64,000 nt of DNA from contig JBDKRX010000019.1 of assembly GCA_039683175.1 (NCBI GenBank), positions 49,423 through 113,422 of the forward strand, written 5' to 3'. This document shows positions 9,369 to 15,606 of this stretch, one piece after another. Below the pieces are notes generated by a model, which worked only from the letters and a program-made list of their open reading frames with translations, was not told where the DNA came from and searched no databases. The position numbers and the translations under genes were made by a program. Origin of the DNA: Phycisphaerales bacterium (GTDB lineage: Bacteria; Planctomycetota; Phycisphaerae; Sedimentisphaerales; Anaerobacaceae). Each line of letters starts with the position of its first letter. Positions within the stretch are counted from its first letter, which is position 1.

Positions 9369-10310
9369 TCAATCGCCTTTGTGGAGCCGGGCGTAGAGGG
9401 TCGCCATTTCGACGTACTGGTCAGGATGCAGTTCCTCCGGTCGGCGGGTGGGGTCGATGGCCAATTGCTCGAATATTCTCGGCCAGATATCCCGGCCGCC
9501 CAGCTCCGGCGGGGCCTGCTTGGCGCAGGCGCGGAGCATTTTTCGCCGGTGGCCCAGGAACAGGCCAATCACTGCACTGAAAAGGTCTATATCTGCGATC
9601 CGGCGGCTCTTTTGTTCGTCGCGCCGGTAGCGGACGATAGCGGAATCCACCTGGGGTGGCGGCCAAAATGCCCCCGGCGGCAGGGTCCGGAGCATCTCGA
9701 CCTCGCCGGTGGCCTGCAGGAAGATGCTGAGCGTTCCATAATCCCGCCCGCCCGGCGGGGCGGTCATCCGCTGTGCGACCTCCTTCTGAACGGTGACGCA
9801 CATCGCTTCGACGATCAGAGGGCCTTTCACCAGGTTGATCATGACAGGCGAGGCCACGTCATAGGGAAGGTTCGCGACGAGCACGAGCCGCGATCCGTCA
9901 GGTGTCGGTCCCGTTTCTTCAAGTCTCGCTCGTGCAGCGGCCACGGCCTGCGCCACAGCCGGAGCGATCGATCCTTTGTTCGAGAGCGCATCCGTGTTGA
10001 GAATCTGCACGTTTGCAGCGCCGGCTGTTCGTGATTGGGCTATTTCTGAAACCGTTTTGTCTATTTCGACGGCTACGACCTGTCCTGCTCTCTCGGCCAG
10101 AGCCTCCGTGAGCGAGCCCGTCCCGGGACCGATCTCCAGGACGACATCGGTCGGGCGGATCTGTGCCGAATCGACCAGCAGACGCATCAGGTTCAGGTCC
10201 ACGAGGAAATGCTGCCCGAGCCGGCGATTGGGAGCGACGCCGGCAGAGGAAAGCAGTTCCTGGATTTGGCGCTTTGTCTGCATAGGACCGATAGGACGCA
10301 TAGGACTCAT
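9369..10310 (-). CDS. rsmA: 16S rRNA (adenine1518/1519-N6)-dimethyltransferase
   Basis: LGQHFLVD, VLEIGPGTGSLT and NLPY motifs. Conserved pdxA-ksgA order. The true start may be the ATG at 10283 (MQTKRQI), because the first 9 codons are encoded by a 9-mer tandem repeat. Confidence 0.9.
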   Translation of the reverse strand: MSPMRPIGPMQTKRQIQELLSSAGVAPNRRLGQHFLVDLNLMRLLVDSAQIRPTDVVLEIGPGTGSLTEALAERAGQVVAVEIDKTVSEIAQSRTAGAANVQILNTDALSNKGSIAPAVAQAVAAARARLEETGPTPDGSRLVLVANLPYDVASPVMINLVKGPLIVEAMCVTVQKEVAQRMTAPPGGRDYGTLSIFLQATGEVEMLRTLPPGAFWPPPQVDSAIVRYRRDEQKSRRIADIDLFSAVIGLFLGHRRKMLRACAKQAPPELGGRDIWPRIFEQLAIDPTRRPEELHPDQYVEMATLYARLHKGD

Positions 10311-10325
10311 GGGACCTATGGTGTG
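10281..10325. repeat. tandem 9-mer array (CATAGGACC GATAGGACG CATAGGACT CATGGGACC TATGG), copy K1
   Basis: Period-9 repeat read directly. Lies just downstream of the pdxA stop (10335) and over the annotated rsmA start. Related arrays lie near 19992 and 22561. Confidence 0.75.
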
Positions 10326-10334
10326 CAGCCTGCC

Positions 10335-11435
10335 TTATGCTGCGTTGCCGGGTTCTTCGCGTGCGGCGCCGTTGATCGGGCGGGCGCCGCTCGTCGTGCC
10401 GGCGAGGGCCAGGGACCGGCGGGTCTTGGCCATCTGGATCGCGGCCATGATGGCAGACTTCATGCTTGATGGATTCGCCAAATTGCGTCCGGCGATGTCG
10501 AAGGCCGTGCCGTGCGCGGGCGAGGTCCGCACGACCGGGATGCCGATCGTGATGTTCACCGCATGCTCGAAGTCCATCAGCTTGACCGGGATCATCCCCT
10601 GGTCGTGGTACATCGCGACGACGGCGTCGAACTCGCCGTGGACGGCCTTCACGAACAGGGCGTCCGCCGGGATGGGGCCGGTGCAGTTGATTCCCTGCTC
10701 CTGGGCCAGCAGGATGGCCGGAGCGATGATCCGCTGCTCCTCGTCGCCGAACTGGCCCTGCTCGCCCGCGTGCGGATTCAAGGCGGCCACGCCGATGTGC
10801 GGGTTCTCGATGCCGAAATAGTCCTTCAATGCGTCGTTGAGCAGGTCGATCGGCTCGAAGACGCAGCCGATGGTGAACTTGTTGCGAACGTCGAAGAGGC
10901 CCAGGTGGATCGTTGCCAGCGCCACCTTCAGCGGTCCGGCGACGAACATCATCGCCTTGCGGGGGGCCTTGCACTTCTGGGCGAACAGCTCCGTGTGGCC
11001 GGGCCAGGGGGCGTCGGCCATCTTCCAGCTTGCCTTGCTGATCGGGGCGGTCACGATCGCGTCGATGATCCCTTCTTTAGCGGCCGCGATTGCATCGGTG
11101 CAGAACTTGATCGAGGCTTCGCCCGCGACTCGACTGGGCTCCTTCAGCCACGGGGGCACGCTGTACTCGTCGTAGTCTGCAACGACGACCTTGTAGGGGT
11201 ACTCCCGGCTGATCTTCTCATGCTGGTGCCGACCCCAGAAGGGCTCGATCTCCGCCCGGGCCGCGGCGAAGCAGAGCTGCACGTTCATGCCGAAGACGAT
11301 GAATTTGGCCGCCCGACGGACCTCCGGATCGGCCAGTGCCTTGACTACCACCTCCGGCCCGATGCCTGCGGCATCTCCCATGGTCACCCCGATGACCATC
11401 TGCTCGGAGATCGAATTGTGGTTGCCCTTATTCAT
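10335..11435 (-). CDS. pdxA: 4-hydroxythreonine-4-phosphate dehydrogenase
   Basis: GDAAGIGPEVVVKAL, HTELF, NPHAGE and TSPAHGTAFDIAG motifs. Confidence 0.9.
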   Translation of the reverse strand: MNKGNHNSISEQMVIGVTMGDAAGIGPEVVVKALADPEVRRAAKFIVFGMNVQLCFAAARAEIEPFWGRHQHEKISREYPYKVVVADYDEYSVPPWLKEPSRVAGEASIKFCTDAIAAAKEGIIDAIVTAPISKASWKMADAPWPGHTELFAQKCKAPRKAMMFVAGPLKVALATIHLGLFDVRNKFTIGCVFEPIDLLNDALKDYFGIENPHIGVAALNPHAGEQGQFGDEEQRIIAPAILLAQEQGINCTGPIPADALFVKAVHGEFDAVVAMYHDQGMIPVKLMDFEHAVNITIGIPVVRTSPAHGTAFDIAGRNLANPSSMKSAIMAAIQMAKTRRSLALAGTTSGARPINGAAREEPGNAA

Positions 11436-11528
11436 TTACGAATTACGATTTACGAATTACGATTTACGACTCAGATCCCGGCTCGGCGAGAGCCAAATCG
11501 CAAATCATAAATCGTAAATCACAAATCC
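11436..11528. repeat. palindromic spacer element with TTACGAN heptad arms
   Basis: TTTACGAATTACGATTTACGAATTACGATTTACGAC ... AAATCGCAAATCATAAATCGTAAATCACAAATCC. Fills the whole ribE-pdxA spacer. The arms are imperfect reverse complements. Confidence 0.8.
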
Positions 11529-12176
11529 TCAAAAGCCCAACTGGCGCAATCGCTCGACGGTCAACGGTTGCTGCTTGGGCAGCAGGACTTCCAGTTGCCG
11601 CCGGACGATCTTGACGAGTATATCGACCTCGATATTGACCCGCCCGCCGATCCGTGCGTTGCCGAGCGTGGTCCTGTTCAGGGTTTCGGGAATCGCCGCC
11701 ACGCGGAAACTCCCGGCATCCATTCCGGCGATGGTCAGGCTGACGCCGTCGACCGCCACCGAGCCTTTTGCGACCATCTGGTCCAACAGTTCCGGTCCGG
11801 CGGCAAACTCTATATCGGCAAATTCACCGAGCTTCCTAACCGCCCGGATTGTGGCGACGCCGTCCACATGGCCCTGCACGATGTGGCCGCCGAACCGGTC
11901 GGTGGCCTTCATCGCCCGTTCGATGTTCACCCTCGCGCCGGGCCGCAAGCCCGCCAGCGAGGATCTCTCCAGCGTTTCCGGACTCAATCCGAAGGTCGCC
12001 ACGACGCCCTGCAGATGGGTAACGGTCAGGCAGACCCCGCTGACGGCGACGCTGTCGCCGACCCTGCAATCCGCAGCCAGATCGCCCAACACCACGACGA
12101 GCGAGCCGCCCCCGGACCCGCCTCCCGGCGAGACCGACCTCACCTCGCACACAGATTCTATAAGTCCTGTGAACAT
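11529..12176 (-). CDS. ribE: riboflavin synthase alpha chain
   Basis: MFTGLIE N-terminus and the duplicated lumazine-binding repeat (GDSVAVSGVCLTV / GSVAVDGVSLTI). Confidence 0.9.
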   Translation of the reverse strand: MFTGLIESVCEVRSVSPGGGSGGGSLVVVLGDLAADCRVGDSVAVSGVCLTVTHLQGVVATFGLSPETLERSSLAGLRPGARVNIERAMKATDRFGGHIVQGHVDGVATIRAVRKLGEFADIEFAAGPELLDQMVAKGSVAVDGVSLTIAGMDAGSFRVAAIPETLNRTTLGNARIGGRVNIEVDILVKIVRRQLEVLLPKQQPLTVERLRQLGF

Positions 12177-12295
12177 ATCAACTTATCTCTCACGGCATAC
12201 TCCCGCTCCTCCATGAGCCGTCAGCCTATGCTATTGTTCGGCCCCCCCTCGTGTCAAACAATTGTTCCCGCTCATCGTGCGGCCGTGAGGGCATC

Positions 12296-12353
12296 CCGTA
12301 GCACGGGCATCTTGCCCGTGGCTTGAAGTCATGGGCGAGACGCCCATGCTACT
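12296..12353 (+). repeat. twin stem-loop module CACGGGCA-TGCCCGTG / CATGGGCG-CGCCCATG-CTACT, copy 1
   Basis: Two 7-8-bp GC hairpins ~10 nt apart. The same module recurs, in the same order and with the same GCTACT tail, at about 45955-46010. A related hairpin lies at about 53418-53452. Confidence 0.75.
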
Positions 12354-12511
12354 GTAATGCCTTACGGCGTTAGTACGAGCACGTCCGACGCGAAATCTCT
12401 TTTGCCGGGTGGTGGGACGTGCTAAGATGGCCCGGGAATAAGAATAGACGCTCTCAGGATTGTCGCCGAGGCAGCCGAAAGGCGGTCCCGGCAGGGAAAG
12501 GAGCAAAAGCC

Positions 12512-13144
12512 GTGAGTTCGATCTGGGTGAAGATAGCAGGGGTGGCCGTCGCCGCTGTGGTGGTGATTGTCGTCCTCGGCCGACTGGGCGGCGATAAGCC
12601 CGTCTCCGAGCCGGTGGAGAAAGACAAGACGTTCTACGACATGGCCGATCGGGACAAGCAGTTCAACGAGGAGCCCAAGCCGGTAGAGCAACCCCCGGCC
12701 GAGCCGGCGCAGCAGCCTGCCGCCGAGGCCCAGGCCCAGCCGGAGCAGCCGGCGCCAGTGCCCGCACAGGAACCGGCTGCCCAAGTCCCAGGCGTCGTCC
12801 TGCCCAGCAGCATCACGCAGGCGACGACGTTATACTTCAAACCGCTGAGTGAAGAAGACGACATCGCGGCACAGCAGCTCCTGCCCTACGCCACGGCGGG
12901 ACGGAGCATTGGCCGGCTGCCGGTGGTGCAGTACGGCCTAATGATGAAGGCCGTCGGGCAGATCGAGCAACGCTGGCCCGACAGTTGGTATTGTTTCCGA
13001 GCCAAGCAGATGATGGAGGAGATCGCGCAGTACTCCGATCGCAATGCCCAGACGTACAAGATCACGCCGGAACGGCTGGATATCACTAAGTTCTTGAAGC
13101 CGAGGCAGGGGACGGAGCCTCGCACCGTGGAGCCCGTGCGATGA
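12512..13144 (+). CDS. membrane-anchored Pro/Gln/Ala-rich protein, function unknown
   Basis: GTG at 12512 preceded by AAGGAG. TM anchor (IAGVAVAAVVVIVVLG), PEQP-type low-complexity linker and a globular C-terminus. High GC3. The stop overlaps the next ATG (ATGA). Confidence 0.6.
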   Translation: MSSIWVKIAGVAVAAVVVIVVLGRLGGDKPVSEPVEKDKTFYDMADRDKQFNEEPKPVEQPPAEPAQQPAAEAQAQPEQPAPVPAQEPAAQVPGVVLPSSITQATTLYFKPLSEEDDIAAQQLLPYATAGRSIGRLPVVQYGLMMKAVGQIEQRWPDSWYCFRAKQMMEEIAQYSDRNAQTYKITPERLDITKFLKPRQGTEPRTVEPVR

Positions 13145-14028
13145 CAGAGACGCTCGCAGAGACGATGCCCGTAATCTCCATCACCGCCGATTGCCTGCCG
13201 GAGGCGTGGGAGAAGGCCGTGTTGGCCGTCTGGGACCAGGGCTATGAGGTGAAGACCCAGTACGACAAGCCCGACGATCCGCCGAGCAGGGACGCGACGG
13301 TGATGATCGCCGTGACGAACCCATTCAACGAGCCTCGGATTCACAAGAACTTCCCCGGCGGCCCTGAGGAGCTCGAAGCCTACCGCCAGGAGGTGGTCGG
13401 CGGCATTCACGACCACTGGATCGATCCGGCGGCCGGCAAGTGGACCTATACCTATCATGAAAGGCTGTTCGCGTATCGCCCGGTCGAGGACCTGCGAAAC
13501 CCCAAGAGTCCCAAGCCCTTCCGGGCGGTCAACCAGATCCAGTACATCATCGATTGTCTCAGTGAGGCAGGCCACACCCGCCGGGCCCAGGCGGTCACCT
13601 GGATGCCCACGGCCGACCCGCAGACGGACGATCCGCCGTGTTTGCAGCGGATCTGGTGCAGGCTTGTGGCCGACGAGGGGGGGCAGTGGACGCTGAACAT
13701 GAATACGCACTGGCGAAGCCGGGACCTGTACAAAGCCTGGTTCATGAACGTCTACGCGCTGACCGACCTTCAGCGAACGATTGCCGACGCGATTGCCCAA
13801 AAGCGGGGCGAGCCGGTCCGGGTGGGCCGATACGTCGATATCAGCGACTCGCTGCACATCTACGGCAGCTACTTCCGCGATGCCGCCGTGGAGATCGAGA
13901 AGATGCGAAAGACCCCCTTTGCCCAGCGAGCTTGGGAGAGCAACCATCCCGCCTTCGAGATGATGACGCAGGAGGCCAGGGAGAAGCTGGCCCGCGATCC
14001 CGACTGGTTCGCAAAAGCCCGGGGCTAA
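13141..14028 (+). CDS. thymidylate synthase (ThyA) superfamily protein, divergent
   Basis: ThyA-like core motifs in the canonical order: TYTYHERL, DDPPCLQRIWC (Cys nucleophile region), HWRSRDLYKAWFMNVYAL and ISDSLHIYGSY. Confidence 0.65.
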   Translation: MTETLAETMPVISITADCLPEAWEKAVLAVWDQGYEVKTQYDKPDDPPSRDATVMIAVTNPFNEPRIHKNFPGGPEELEAYRQEVVGGIHDHWIDPAAGKWTYTYHERLFAYRPVEDLRNPKSPKPFRAVNQIQYIIDCLSEAGHTRRAQAVTWMPTADPQTDDPPCLQRIWCRLVADEGGQWTLNMNTHWRSRDLYKAWFMNVYALTDLQRTIADAIAQKRGEPVRVGRYVDISDSLHIYGSYFRDAAVEIEKMRKTPFAQRAWESNHPAFEMMTQEAREKLARDPDWFAKARG

Positions 14029-14184
14029 GAAGCACGAATGTCGAAATTCGAAATCCGAAACAAATTCAAAGGACCGAAGTCCAAATGACCGAAACGCTGT
14101 CGCCCATCCGGATGTCCGTTTTGGATTTCGAGCTTTGAGCCTTCGTGCTTGTTTCGAATTTCGAAATTCGGATTTCGAATTTAC
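14029..14184. repeat. heptad-periodic palindromic intergenic element, copy B
   Basis: GAAGCACGAATGTCGAAATTCGAAATCCGAAACAAATTCAAAGGACCGAAGTCCAAATGACCGAAACG ... CCGTTTTGGATTTCGAGCTTTGAGCCTTCGTGCTTGTTTCGAATTTCGAAATTCGGATTTCGAA. Begins directly after the TAA stop at 14028. Confidence 0.9.
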
Positions 14185-14202
14185 GACAGGTAGGAGTATT
14201 GA

Positions 14203-15060
14203 ATGGCGATCCTTGTGAACGGCCAGAGAATTGAAGATCGGGAGATTCAGGAAGAGGCCGAGCGTCTGCGGCCCAACTACGAGCGGGCCTTCGCCGACCA
14301 GGAGGTTGCGGCTCGTGAGGCCCAGCTTATGGACTGGTCCAAGGAGAACGTCATCGAGCGGCTGCTGCTCCGCCAGGCGGCGAGCAGCAGCGGTCCGCAG
14401 ATCCCGGCCGACGAGGTGGAGGCGGCCTTTGCCAGGCTCAAGGAGCGATACGAGAACCCGCAGGACCTCTACAAAGAGTTCGGCGTCGACAGCGACGACA
14501 AGCTCAAGGCGATGATCGAGCTCCAGATCAAGGTCGAGCACAAGATCAACGAGGTCTACACGAAGGCGGCCGAGCCCTCGGAGGCCGAGATCGGCACGTT
14601 CTACGAACAGAACAAGGAACGATTCGCGTCGGGCGAGCAGATCCGGGTCGCCCATATCGTCAAGTACGTCAACTGGCAGACGGACGAAGGCACGGCGCAC
14701 GAAGCCGTAGCGCAGGCGCACAAGGAGATCACCGCGGGCGCGCCGTTCGAGGCGGTCGTGAACAAGTACACCGACTGCGCCGACAGCGGCGGCGACCTCG
14801 GCTACGTCGCGCGAGGGCAACTGGTCGAGGAGTTCGAGGATGTCGTGTTCAACCTGAACACCGGCCAGGTCAGCGACGTGTTCCGCACGCGGTTTGGCTT
14901 CCACGTTGCGAAGCTGTACGACCGCCGCCCGCCGGCCATCCCGCCTCTGAAGGATGTGAAAGAGCAAATCGTCGAGCAGGTCAGGGAACAGAAGAGAGAG
15001 CAGGTTCTGGGCGAATTTCTCGACATGCTGCGAAGCAAGGCGACGGTTCAAGAGGTGTGA
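14203..15060 (+). CDS. peptidyl-prolyl cis-trans isomerase, PpiC/parvulin type (SurA/PrsA-like)
   Basis: Parvulin domain with VAHIV, GGDLGYVARGQLVEEFEDVVFNL and FGFHVAKL. GTAGGAG RBS. Confidence 0.8.
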   Translation: MAILVNGQRIEDREIQEEAERLRPNYERAFADQEVAAREAQLMDWSKENVIERLLLRQAASSSGPQIPADEVEAAFARLKERYENPQDLYKEFGVDSDDKLKAMIELQIKVEHKINEVYTKAAEPSEAEIGTFYEQNKERFASGEQIRVAHIVKYVNWQTDEGTAHEAVAQAHKEITAGAPFEAVVNKYTDCADSGGDLGYVARGQLVEEFEDVVFNLNTGQVSDVFRTRFGFHVAKLYDRRPPAIPPLKDVKEQIVEQVREQKREQVLGEFLDMLRSKATVQEV

Positions 15061-15097
15061 AGTCTGACGTGTGAGGAGTGCATGCCGGGGCTTGTCC

Positions 15098-15128
15098 GCT
15101 TCAAACTTCGAACTTGAAACTTCATACC
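15098..15128. repeat. direct heptad repeat CTTCAAA CTTCGAA CTTGAAA CTTCATA
   Basis: Four period-7 units read directly, about 40 nt after the PPIase stop. Confidence 0.6.
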
Positions 15129-15388
15129 TGACACCTCGCGTCCCGATTTGCTTCTTTCGATTCTTATCGTAGACTTTGGGTAGCATGGAGGAGGGAAGGC
15201 AGTAGGCAGTGGCCATAACGAAGTCTTTCAAGCAGAAGCCTGCCTCACGGACAGGAGCGGGGCCCCGGATGCGAAGGGCCGCACCCCGGGCGCCCGAAAG
15301 ACCCCAGGCTGACCTGCGACTGCAAGCTCGGAAAGGGAATCAGGCCATGACAATCTTTGGGGGGGCTACGTGAGTTTCTTTCCGAGCC

Positions 15389-15427
15389 GGCCTCTGCGTC
15401 TCCAGACGCAGAGGCCATTTTTGTTTG
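15389..15427 (+). terminator. rho-independent terminator
   Basis: Perfect 12-bp stem GGCCTCTGCGTC-TCCA-GACGCAGAGGCC followed by ATTTTTGTTTG. Confidence 0.8.
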
Positions 15428-15514
15428 CCTGCGGCGCAGTAATACCCCCTTCAATCCTGTAGGATTCACAAGCGATTTCCCAGTCATGCCTCGTGACGTC
15501 CTTCTCACAAATGC

Positions 15515-15543
15515 TTGCCAAAGCCTGCATTCGGTGATATGAT
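15515..15543 (+). promoter_or_regulatory. sigma70-like promoter candidate for the LamG/discoidin gene
   Basis: TTGCCA, 17-nt spacer, TATGAT. Lies about 65 nt upstream of the ATG at 15607, which has a GAAGGAGGAG RBS. Confidence 0.45.
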
Positions 15544-15606
15544 ACGACAACCGAGATAACACGTTGGCAGAATTCAGACGTCCTTGGTCAGAAGAAGGAG
15601 GAGCAC

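Noticed and set aside
9165-10034. 289-codon plus-strand ORF starting in the REP hairpins and running antisense through rsmA.
   Set aside because: It begins with repeat-derived peptide (…VIPAKAGIQ…SRVRGND…) and is antisense to a gene with unambiguous KsgA motifs.
11436-11528. CRISPR-like appearance of the short tandem repeats (here and at 10281, 15098, 22561).
   Set aside because: The repeat units are 7-9 nt and directly abutting, with no spacers, and no cas genes are in the window. These are micro-tandem repeats or hairpin arms, not CRISPR arrays.
15230-15360. Possible SRP RNA / other housekeeping ncRNA in the GC-rich stretch (…GCTCGGAAAGGGAATCAGGCC…).
   Set aside because: The GGAA tetraloop and flanking AGCA/symmetric-loop pattern of SRP domain IV cannot be paired correctly by hand. 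No tmRNA or RNase P signature motifs were seen either.
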